From Monocercomonoides exilis PA203 (taxonomy: Eukaryota; Protista; Preaxostyla): DNA of 64,000 nucleotides. Below the pieces are notes generated by a model. That model was not told the origin of the DNA. It saw nothing but the letters and a program-made list of their open reading frames with translations, and ran no database searches. The stretch is from NCBI GenBank assembly GCA_001643675.2, contig LSRY02000061.1:124001-188000 (forward strand). The letters run 5' to 3'. Shown here piece after piece: positions 13,378 through 24,510 of this stretch (positions are counted from its first letter, which is position 1; the number at the start of each line of letters is the position of its first letter). Position numbers and translations under genes: made by a program.

Positions 13378-13935
13378 GTAATGAATGAAAATATAAAATT
13401 CTGCTGATTTGAGACTTTTAAAACAGAAAAACTCGATAAAGAAAAGGAAAATTCGTGACTTAAGGGTCAACTCTAATAATGTGAAATTTTTTGTTTTCCT
13501 TCAAAGTTATTTGTTTTTCCGTTTTGATAAATAACACTGAAGCAACAATTTTCATTGCAGACTATTTATAAATTCGAATATTTTTTAAGAAAACGGCTTC
13601 ACAAAAAAGATATTTGTAAAGAACTTGTTTTCCTGCACGTAATTATCATAAAATATAAATGACATTTGTTAATAAAACAAAACACATCATTTTTAAAAAT
13701 AAAAAAGATTGAAAGGAAAAAAATATTATATTTCAAGAACTAAATTTTTTAAGAAAAGTCAACACTTATGGAGTAAAACAAAATAATTGAAAACGTTAAT
13801 AAAACAAAAAATTACATAGTAAATTACGTGATGCGATATCATTTCTGTACAAGTTCGAATTTGTGATATTTGTTATTGTGAAACAACAAATTATCCATTA
13901 AACTTTAGCTTCACTTTGATCAATCGCATAATTAC

Positions 13936-16027
13936 TTAGAAGTGAACTTCTGTATTTTGTTCTTCTTTTGAAAAAATGGACGGCTCGGATAAGGACGAAT
14001 GGTTACTTACAGACTGCGATGTTTGGTGTTCTTGAGCAGCCAATGGAGTTATGATTTGGATTGAAGAAGGTGGCAGTCGAATGTGATTATCCGATGCTTC
14101 GTCAAAATGAGTAAAGCCTATTTGAGACTTGCTACCATGAAGTTCCCGTCGCTTTGCTGTTCTAATTGCAATTATCGAAACAGCAATTGCGGCAACACAA
14201 GCAACAATACTAATGATGCTGCAGCAAAGAACAGGAATGAAGTAAGAACTTTGGCCAGTTAATGCAGAGCTGGTTTTCACTTCTCGTCCATTTGAATTTT
14301 CATTATCTTGTTGTCTTCCTTTCTGGTTTTCATGCTCTTTTTCTTCTTTCTTTTCCATCATTTTTTCTTTTTCTTTTTCTTTTTCTTTTTCTTTTTCGTC
14401 TCTTTTTTCTTTTTTGTCTTTTGGAGGCTTTTCTTTTATTTCTAGTTTTTCATCTTCTTCCTTTGACTCCTCTGTAGATTCGTCTGTTGGTTCTTCTTGT
14501 TCCTTCGCTTCTTTTTCTTCTTCCAATGTTGATCCATCAAGAAACATCACCTGGTCAAGTTCTTCTTCTTCCTCGTCTTCTCCTTCTTCTCCTTCTTTCT
14601 TCTTTTCTGGCTTTAACTTTGGTTGAGGTTTACGTTCTGGCTTGTAATGTTTCTTTCTTCCAAAGATTTCTTCTTCTTCTTCTTCTTCTTCTTCTTTATC
14701 TTCTTTATCTTCTTTATCTTCTTCCCCTATTTCTGTTTCTTCTTCAAAAGGTTTTTTCTCCTTCCTTTTTCCTGGGAATGGTTTTCTTTCTGTTTTTGTC
14801 TCTCGTTTTTCACCCTCTTGTCTTTGCCTTTCTTCTTTTCTTTGCTTCCTCTCTCTTTTCTCCATTTTGTCTTGTTTTTCCTTTTTCTTATGTTCTGGCT
14901 TTTTTGGAGGAAACCTTTTTTCTTTTCGTTTATCATCTTCTTCTTCCTCTTCTTCCTCCTCTTTCTCTTCTATTTCTTCATCAGTTTCTTCTCCTTCATA
15001 AAGCAATTCCATTTCATCCAGAATTTCTTCCTCCTCCTCTTCTTCTTCTATTTCTTCTTTTGGATGATATCTTTTTTCTTCCTCTTCGCGGAACTTTTTG
15101 GGAATATGTTTATCATCTTTAAATCTGCGTTTTTCTTCTTTTTCTTCTTCTTTTTTCATTCTTCTTTCTTCTTCTCTTTTTTCAGGCTTCTCAAATCGTT
15201 TGTCCTTCTTCTCTCTTCTGTCTTCTTTCCTTTCCTTTTTTCTTCCAAACTCACTGTCTTCCTGGTGTTTATCTTCTTTCTCATCTCTTCTGTCGCCTCT
15301 TCGATATTTTTTTCCATCTTCTCTTTCTCTTTTTTCCTCATGTTTTCTTTTATCTTTTCTCTCGTGCTGTGCTTCCTTCCTTTCATCTTCTCTCCTTTCT
15401 CCTCTTCTTTCTCCTTTTTTTCCTTCTCTTTTCCATTCTCTTTGCTCTTCACTTTGTTTTTCTTTCGGACTTTCTTCCTCCTCTTCTGGATGTGGAGTGT
15501 GTGGAGGACGAAATGGTGGTCGTGCGTGCTCTGTTGGCTCCTCAAAATCATGTTCCTTTTCTTGTTCGTGTTCACTTTCGTGTTCAGGCTCATGTTCAGG
15601 CTCATGCACAGGCTCAGGCATGGGTTCAGGCTTTTGAGGAGGCATTGGTGGTTCTTGTTCCTGCTTTTCTGGTTCTTCTGGGGTGATTGGCTCGGAGGGA
15701 TCTTCAGGTTCTGCAGGCTCTGCTGGCTCGGGTGGTTTCCACTGTCTCTTTTGACTCTTCTGATTGTAATCCATCGACTGCTTCTGTTTCTGTTGAAACT
15801 GATTTTCTCATGAAAATATCATCTATCACGTTTTCAGTTGGAATCCCTTCATCTGATTGCTTTGATACTGCTATTTTTGTTAAATGTGAACTTTTTTCTT
15901 CTCCCAAAATGTCAATTTCCAAAATATTTTTTTGAAATAAAAGAATTTCTGACTGATTCTCGTTAAATCCCCAAATAAATAGCTGATGAAAGAATATAAA
16001 AGAAGAAAACAAAAGAAAATTTTTCAT
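13936..16027 (-). CDS. Highly charged (Glu/Lys/Arg-rich) type I membrane protein; apparent frameshift near 15730
   Basis: Signal-like MKNFLLFSSFIFFHQLFIWG frame reads to ...ETVETT, then the EPAEPAEPEDP... ORF continues in another frame; single C-terminal TM FIPVLCCSIISIVACVAAIAVSIIAI followed by RTAKRR. Confidence 0.7.
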
Positions 16028-16736
16028 TACGAGTGATAACTGATTCGCTAAAATTAATGACCCTTTATCTTGTGATAATGAAGATAACATTTATTGAGCG
16101 GGAATGTTTTTTTTGAGTACAAATGAAATATTCTTGATTTGTAAACGATTTTGAGGAACAAGAAAATACGGAAAATTGATGACCCACAATATGTTTCAGT
16201 TTCCAACTTTTCGTTTAACAAAATATGTAAAAAATTCAACAAAAATGATCTGAAAATTTATGAAAACAAAAAGAAAAAGTGTTTCGTTTGTATTGCGAAT
16301 ATGAACTTGCAGTTAAATTGTTTTCTTAATCTTTTCATAAATAATAATGGTAATCACGAATTAAAAATGGAGAAAAAAAGAGAAAGAAAGAAAATTGAAT
16401 AGTTGTATATTTCTCATTGTTGTGAATGAACAACATTTGTATATATACAACAAAATGGGAAATTTTGAAGATTTAAAGAGTACATAGTCTCCGTGTTCTG
16501 AACTGATAATTCAAATACAACAGATGGATGAAACCTCTTGTGAATTGCAAAGAATAGAAAGCAAATTTATTTCAGAAAATAATACATTTCGAAAAAGTTT
16601 TTAATAAGAAAAATAAAAAGCTACTTCACATTACACAAAACGTTATTACAAAAAGAAAGTTTTAAACATAAAACCGAAAAATTGAAAATATAAACATTAT
16701 TATAATTATTATTATACGTCATATATTACAGCTCGA

Positions 16737-17354
16737 TTAAGCTGAAGCTCCTTTCATTGCTAAATTTTTTTGCCTTCTTGCCTTTTCTTCCCTTTTTTTC
16801 TTCAGAAGTCTTCGTGCTTCTTCCACTTCGGGATCAGATTCTTCTTCCTCTTCTTCATAACTGTTAGCTGTAGCGACCGAGGAAACTGACAAATCAGTTC
16901 GTCCAGAAGTGGTTTGGTGATGTGATTCGATTTTAGTCGTTCCATTTGCTGAAACCGAAGTGGTTGTGTATGATACTTCTGCATGCATTACTGGAGCTTC
17001 GTAGTTATCGCTTTCATCATTTTTCATTTCATTTTCATTTGCATTTCCACCGTCTTGTTTCTGTTTATTACTCTGCTTCATTTTGTTAATTCCTTTATCA
17101 ATTCCAGATGAAACTTGTTTTTGCCCAGCTGAAATGAGAGAGTCAAGAACAGTCATCTCTTTTTTGTTTTGTGAACTTGCACCGCCAGTTGTACTTTTCG
17201 TTTTCTTTTGATCTCCTTCAATTTGTTTTTGAACTGTCTGGGTAACTGTCTGTTGTGCAGCCCTTGTAAGCTTTGTTTGTACTTGTTGTGTTGAAGTGAT
17301 TCCCACAGCTTTTTGAACTGAATAGGCTTGCTGTTGAGAAAAACAATCGCCCAT
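16737..17354 (-). CDS. Hypothetical protein with dual acylation N-terminus (MGDCFS)
   Basis: 205 aa ORF; MGxCxS myristoylation/palmitoylation pattern; hydrophilic body. Confidence 0.7.
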   Translation of the reverse strand: MGDCFSQQQAYSVQKAVGITSTQQVQTKLTRAAQQTVTQTVQKQIEGDQKKTKSTTGGASSQNKKEMTVLDSLISAGQKQVSSGIDKGINKMKQSNKQKQDGGNANENEMKNDESDNYEAPVMHAEVSYTTTSVSANGTTKIESHHQTTSGRTDLSVSSVATANSYEEEEEESDPEVEEARRLLKKKREEKARRQKNLAMKGASA

Positions 17355-17622
17355 TGATCTTTTGATGATCTATTTTGCCCTAATTGTTTATATTTTTATT
17401 CATCTTTTTGATTTTTTGAATTTGATTTTCAAAAGTGATGGAATATGTTTGCATGGATAGAGTTGTTCGATTAAATGAAACTTGTTTTTTTTTCCTTATA
17501 AGTTGATCCAGACATTCCCAATCCTTTATTTGTTATTTTTTCGAAAAGTATTTTCATTAATTATTTCAAATGTATAAAAGATATCATTTTCCCATTTCTC
17601 TTTATTGACATTTACAGGAGGG

Positions 17623-18877
17623 ATGAGTTCTTATGAACGATTTCCGAACGAGAAATTTGTTTGCTCAGATTTTTAATTGAGCCACCTTCAATATATATCT
17701 TATATTTTTTACTTGAAATTTTTTAAATTTGTCAATTTTAATACTTTGTTGTAGGATGCTCAAAAACAATCAGCGGGTTCCAATAGGGCTTATCATGCAT
17801 CAATGAGTAACGATTCTCAATTGGGATATGATTCTCATTCATCTTATGTTCACCATTCGTTTGAAGAATTACAACACGAACATAATTCAGAAAGCATCTC
17901 AAAATGCACATCAGAATTTGTGATACAACACTTTACAGTTCCAAAGGATGAGCTTCCTTTGGACATTGATAAAGATGATATACACAACGAATTACAATGC
18001 ACTGAATATGTTGATTCAATTTATTCTTATTTACGAGTATTAGAAGTTTGATTTTATCTTGATTTCTTGCAATTATTATATTTTAATTTGTTTTGTTTTT
18101 GATTGATTTTTCGATTTTAATTTTTTTTTCTATTTTTTGCAGGCTTCAAATCGACCAGTACCAAATTACATATTAAAACAACAGTTCATAAATGTTCGGC
18201 ATAGAGACATGAGCGTTGATTATATTGTGCAACTTCATAGACATATTTCAATAATCTTTGAATATTCTTTAGAGTTGGAAACGTTGTTTTTGTCCGTTTC
18301 TCTTGTGGATCGATTTTTATCACGAAGAATGGTTTCACAAGAAAAAATACGTCTTGTAGCTGTAACTTGTTTTTATATTGCGTGCAAATTTGAAGAGAAA
18401 TACTATCCAACTATTGATGAATTGCTTCGTTTTGTGCCAAGCGCTGGATCAAAGGAAGATGTTTGCCTGATGGAGCGTACAATTTTGAACGAGCTAAAAT
18501 ATCTGCTTGGGATACCAACATCTGTGACATTTTTAAAACGGTTTATTAAAGCGGCTTTTGCTGATACGGTTCTCGGAATGACTGCACGGTTTATTTCCGA
18601 ATTCTGTTTGATGTCGATTTCACTGTGCACAAATTATTTACCTTCGGTTGTTGCTGCTGCAACTGTGGCCAATAGCTTGCGTGTTGTTGGGAAGGCGCCG
18701 TGGACTGCTACGTTGGAGAAGGTCACTGGCTATACATACGAGCAGATAAGACCGTGTATGGTTGAGATGAGAGAGCATGTTAAGCGTGCTCCGACAATGA
18801 AGCTGCAGACGATTTACAAAAAGTATTCCGTGGAAAAATACAGAAAGGCAGCGATTAGGGTGTTGCAGAATATTTGA
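17623..18877 (+). CDS. A/B-type mitotic cyclin (2 introns)
   Basis: CTEYVDSIYSYLR, LETLFLSVSLVDRFL, LVAVTCFYIACKFEE, MERTILNEL, PTSVTFLKRF, YLPSVVAAA cyclin-box motifs; introns about 17659-17754 and 18046-18142. Confidence 0.9.
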
Positions 18878-19338
18878 AATTGATCATTCAATATGTTGAG
18901 CTGATGATGTGCCTTAAAGGAAACTTCAGGTACTTTTTCTGCTTTGCGATGAAAGAAAATAAGAGGATAATTTTGTTCAGTGAGTTACAACTGTTTTCAT
19001 GAAGCCTATACGTTGATTTATGGTGCATACGCTCCATTCGGCTGATCGTTTTTTATATGTGCATGAAAATATATCTCTTGCGTTATTATTTATCTTATAA
19101 ATTAATATGTAATGATCTTTATGATGTTTTTTATTTTTATTTTTATTTTTATTTTTATTTAAACGTTGTTTGTAACGCGCAAATATCATCTATTGCATAT
19201 TAAGATAAGCCATAATTATAAAGATCATCTATAAAAATGAAATGATGAAAAGAAATGAGAAAAGAAATAAACAAATCGACAGTGAGATGAAAATACTTTG
19301 TTTTTTCAAATTTGTTATGTTACATGTGAAATGTAGTG

Positions 19339-20086
19339 CTATTCGTTGCAATCAGCTCTACACAAAGTTCTCTGAAGCGAACATGCATCAACGCATTCCT
19401 CATAATTCGAATTCAAAATATATGAGTTATCATTATTATTAACCTCATCGCACTTTGGATTATCTTCTGATTCAACGTTTAATGAGCCACAATGTGTTCC
19501 ACTATTAGAAATTTTAGTATCAACTTTAGGGCAATGAACAATGCATGCTCTCCATTGAGCAATGCAATGAAGGCAACATTTCTCATTTGAAGATAAATTA
19601 TGAGAAGTATTTAAAAGCGGAAGATGGAGAAATCCGATTTTTTGATTTATTGTTCGAATGTAATTCGAATGAGGTGTTTCTTGTGATATATTGCTTCTAA
19701 ACTTTTGCTGTATCATAAAGGGGTTTGTGTTTAATAAATGATTTATTTTTTCAGTTTTTAAATCAGTAATTGGATTTTCTTCTTCACATAAATTTCTGCA
19801 TTCTTCACGTTGCTTTGAGCAGTAAATTTGCGTGTCATTCGATGATGAATGAAGAAATAGGCACAATCTCCATTCTTCGATACAATGAAGCTGACTTTTT
19901 CAAAAAAAAATAAAAAATAAATAAATAGACAACAATAAAATAGCAAGAAGAGCAAAAATTGCAATGTCACACTCAAACCTTGCATTGGTCCAATTTTGTA
20001 AGTGAAGTATTTTCCTTATCCACAAGAGAAGAGGAACGAAATAAAAGAAAAATAACTTTTCCAACGAAAAGCAATGAAAAAATCAT
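19339..20086 (-). CDS. Secreted cysteine-rich protein with duplicated CX3C helical-hairpin module
   Basis: Hydrophobic N-terminus MIFSLLFVGKVIFLLF; intron 19891-19978 joins QCK to LHCIEEWRLC; repeats CKLHCIEEWRLC and CCLHCIAQWRAC. Confidence 0.7.
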
Positions 20087-20222
20087 GTTCTCCAACACAG
20101 ACACTTGCGCCTATTTAAACTGGATATGTGCAGTATATTTTGAATTTCAGTTAAAATGCACTTCAGCTGTAGACAAACATATCCTCTGATCAAGAAACCA
20201 TACTAAATATAAAAAGTTTTCA

Positions 20223-22734
20223 ATGAGTTTTCGCGGAGAAATTCTTGGAAGATTGCGCGAACAAATCAAAGAGAAAGGAATTGATATGCTAATTGTTCCA
20301 TCGGAAGATGAACATGACAGGTTTGTTTTTTTGAAAACTTGTTTCTGTTTTGAAATATCTTGATATTTAGTGAATATCCAAGTGAAGCTGATAAGCGTCG
20401 AGAGTTCATTTCAGGATTTACAGGAAGTTCTGGTACAGCAATCGTTACCCAAACTAATGCATGGTTACTGACTGATTCTCGATATTTTGTTCAAGCGGAA
20501 AAACAACTTGATTCGTCCTTATGGAAATTGGTCAAGAATAGATTTATTGAAGATTTTATCATAAATGAATTGCCAAATCTGGACGTTAAAACGATTGCGG
20601 TTAATGGCTGGGTTATTTCGTATTCTTCATTTAAATCCATTTTATCTTGCCTTGAATCAATCAAACAAAATCATTCACAAAAAACGGGACATAGTTTAAC
20701 ATTGACAGCATTAAATGAGGATTTAATAGATCCCATTTGGAAAGATTATGGAAGACCTTCTTATAAAAAAGAGCCAATATTTGATTATCCAGTTGAATGC
20801 GCAGGCATGGAAAGATTCCAAAAAGTATTAAGATTATGGGGAAAGGTCACATCATCAAAAGGTTATAAGAAATCAAGAACTGAAATGGAAAAAGAAAAAT
20901 TAGATCTTAGCAAAAATATCATTGAGCATAGCGAGGGGCAGTTGTCAAAACCTGTAAGTCAAAGAGGAGAATTCATGATTATTTCTGCTCTTCCTGAAAT
21001 TTGCTGGTTGCTAAATATTCGTGGAGGAGATATTGACTGTGTTCCGGTTCCTAGATGCTATCTCATTTTACAACGAGTTAATGAGTCTGATGAAAGTACT
21101 TTTGGTAGGAAACATGAAGGTGTTGTTTATTCGGCTGTTTTATTTACAGATTCTTCATTTGACGATTCGATTAAAAGCACTTCTGAAATGATGAGTTGGG
21201 TAAAAGTTGCTCCATTGATTGACTTTATAAGCAAGTTGAATGAAATTAGTGAAACAAGTGATTTTTGCTTTGCCGACCTGAATTCAACGTCGGTTATAGT
21301 ACATTTAAAAGTGGAATCAGCGCATTGCCGCATTATTCCTTTCTCAGGTGAAGTGAATGCATTGATGAAAGTGAAGACTGAGGCAGAAGTGGCAAACCTG
21401 AAAGAGGTTCATGCCATAGATAGCATTTCATTGATAAAGTTCTTTTACTGGTTGCACACTTTCTTCTCCAAGCGCCGTTATGAATCTTCCGAGCCACCTC
21501 GATGTTCTTTCCCAGCAACAGAATACGATCTTATCGAAGTGATTGAGTATTTCCGGAAGATCGCAGTTGATTTGTTTTATTCGGAAAAGAACCCGAACCA
21601 GAATTTTGGAAGTATCAAACACAGATACTTGTATCCTTCGTTTGAGCATATCGTGGCTGCAGATGAAAACGGAGCGATTGTTCATTACAAGCCAGAGCCG
21701 CCAGAGGAAGTCGAAGAAGAAGAAGAAGATCCGAATGAAAAAGAAAAAGGTGAAAAGAAGAGAAAGATTATGAAGAATTGTTCAAAGGTGATTACTGAAA
21801 ATTCGATGATATTATTTGATATAGGTGGACAGTACATGGGTGGAACAACAGATGGTTTGAATTTTTTAATTTTTTTTTTTTGAATGAAACTTTATTCACA
21901 TAAAATTTGTTTGGTTTATTCTTTTTCCCACTGTTTATTTTGTAATTGATATAATTTTTGTTGATAATTTGAATCTTTTCACATAACCTTCTGAAAGTTA
22001 CTCGCACTGTCCATCTTTCAACGCCGACGCCTCGCCAGAAGCGTGTTTACACCCTCGTTCTTTCCAGTCACATTGGGCTGTTCCTCTCTCGTTTCCCTGC
22101 GCCTGTATTCACTCCAAACACCACTTGCTACGGTACAAGAGCAATCAAGCTGGACTGTCTGGCGCGTGCCCCTCTCTGGAAGCACGGGATGGACTATACC
22201 CACTCCACGGGGCATGGTGTGGGCTCGATGCTGTGTGTGCATGAGTGCCCTCCAAACATGTCTGGATTGGAAGTGCTCAGTTGTCATCAGACTGTGACGG
22301 TGGAGCCTGGGCTGTATTTGGAAGGTGAGTTTGGTGTTAGGATTGAGTCTCTTGCTCTGGTGGAGAGGACAATTGAAGGGGTGGTGCCAGCTGTCGAGGG
22401 CGATATGCCTGCTGGAATGAGCCTGTCTGAATGGCTGGATGAAATGGATAAGAAAGATGGTATTTATTCGTCTACTCCTTCGTCGTCTTCTAAGGCTTCT
22501 GAAAGTGAGAAAGCTGAATCACAGAGCAAAAAGAAATCAGATTATGACTGGTTGTATCTTCAGACACAGACATATGTTCCATATTGCAGATCTCTAATTG
22601 ATCCTTCTTTGTTATCGTTGGATGAAAAACGTTGGCTTAACGCATTTAATGTTGAATGCAGAAAGAGAATGTTGCCATTTTTGGATGAGGAAGAAAAAAT
22701 GTGGTTGTTGGAGGAAACAAAGCCATGGGAATGA
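20223..22734 (+). CDS. Xaa-Pro aminopeptidase (aminopeptidase P, M24B; 2 introns)
   Basis: IVPSEDEH, RREFISGFTGSSGTAIVT, TDSRYFVQA, WLLNIRGGD, DIGGQYMGGTTDVTRT, HSTGHGVG, TVEPGLY, GVRIES; metal ligands intact. Confidence 0.95.
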
Positions 22735-23428
22735 AGATTTCATTCTTTTCTTGGGCATACTCAATATGTTGATGTGATGTTTTTATTTATCATGTGATTT
22801 GTCTATTTATTTTCAAATTTTTATTGCCTGATGGATTGAACCCTAATTTTTTTTTAATTTTTATTTTGGATTAAGTTTTGTAATTATAATAAACAAATAT
22901 TGCCTTGCTCATAATTTAGGTTCTTGAATTTTAGAAAAATACGTAAAAGATTTTTTAAAGCATTAGTTGAAAAGTGTAAGTTAACCATCTGTTTTTGAAA
23001 TAATATTCTTTGAGCATTGAAAAATAAATGTCTCCTTTTATCTCCTTTGACTCAATCTTGTTTTCATCCATATTCGTGAAATATGAAGGCTGTCGATTTT
23101 GTTTAAGTTGAGATGACATTGGATAATCAAGGGAAAAGCACAGTTTTTCAATTTAAATATCAATCTTTCGAAAAACGGAAATAACTCAAAGTGCAAATTT
23201 TGAACAATAATTAGCATGTTAATAAATTTTTATTTGAACGAACTTCATGTTGAAAAATAGCGTTTTTCTTTATCTTTTAACATTATTCTCAGTTTCGCTA
23301 TATTTTTTCTCAAGAAACAAAATACGAATTCAAAATCTTAAACATCAACGAAATTTTGAAATAGAATTTTCTATTTCTTAAAAATAGTTTTAATTCAATC
23401 TTTTTCCATAACATTATTTTTCAATTAG

Positions 23429-24312
23429 ATGCAACAGGTTTGAAGTTAATTTAATTGAATATTATTTGCTCTAACATTAAATTGGATACATTATTAACAA
23501 TAATATATATGTAGCCTCCGATTGGTTTTCTTTTTGATTTAGATGGAACCCTCTGTGAAACAGACACACTTCATTTCGCTTGTTGGAAAGAAATGCTCAA
23601 GCCGCTGATGGGAGATATTGATCTTACATTTTATCAAAAGCACATATCAGGGGGAAGTAACGAACAAATTCTACGAGATCTTTTTCCATCTTGGACAAAA
23701 GAGCAGTGCAAGGAATGGGCTGACAAAAAAGAGGCTATCTTCAGAGAAAGGGCTTCTTCTGGAGGACTTGATTGCGTTGAGGGATTTAGAGATTTCTTAT
23801 CATTTATCAGCTGTGAAGGTAAATGGACTTTTAAAAATGAAAAAGGAGAAGAAATTCCAATTATTCCTGTTGTTGTGACCAATGCCCCAATTGAGAATTC
23901 TGTATTTATGTTAGAAGCTTTAAAATTTCATCAAGTTGAACATCAAGCAAGTTCCTCTGAAGGACAGAGCCCTCATAGGTGTTTCCCTCCTTTCAAAGAT
24001 GTGTTTATTGTTGATGAAAGAGGATGCCGTGGAAAGCCATATCCGGATCCGTATGCAAACGCAATGAAAGAAAATGGACTAACCCCAGAAAGATGCATTG
24101 CATTTGAGGATTCAAGAAGTGGCGTTACTGCTGCATCAAATGCACAAGTTCAAACAGTTATTGGAATCAGAACGACGCATACAGATGAGCAATTAAAAGA
24201 GGTTGGAGCAAAACGTACTGTTAAAAATTGGAAAGAAATGATGGCATATGGTTCATCAGTTGAATCACTAATTAAAGCGCTTTTATCATTGGAACATGAA
24301 ATAAAAGATTAA
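23429..24312 (+). CDS. HAD-superfamily phosphatase (subfamily IA variant 3; Sgpp/CbbY/beta-PGM-like sugar phosphatase)
   Basis: MQQ, intron 23438-23514, then PPIGFLFDLDGTLCETD (motif I DxD), VTNAP (motif II), GKPYPDPY (III), FEDSRSGV (IV). Confidence 0.9.
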
Positions 24313-24510
24313 TTTATTCATTTTTGACTTCGCTACCAAGATAGCGAAAAGATATATTCATTTATTTACTCTATTATTTTATTCTAAAAATGTTAGTCAA
24401 TATTTTATATCACAATTTTCGTTTTGTTTGGAAATGTTTTATTTAGCCCATCATTTGAGTCAAATTTTATTTAATTCTTGTTTGTTTTGTATAAACAAGT
24501 CGGAAGCAAA

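Noticed and set aside
14262-15935. Long hydrophobic plus-strand ORFs (e.g. 14623-15813)
   Set aside because: Antisense to the Glu/Lys-rich gene; GAA/AAA codons leave the reverse strand stop-free
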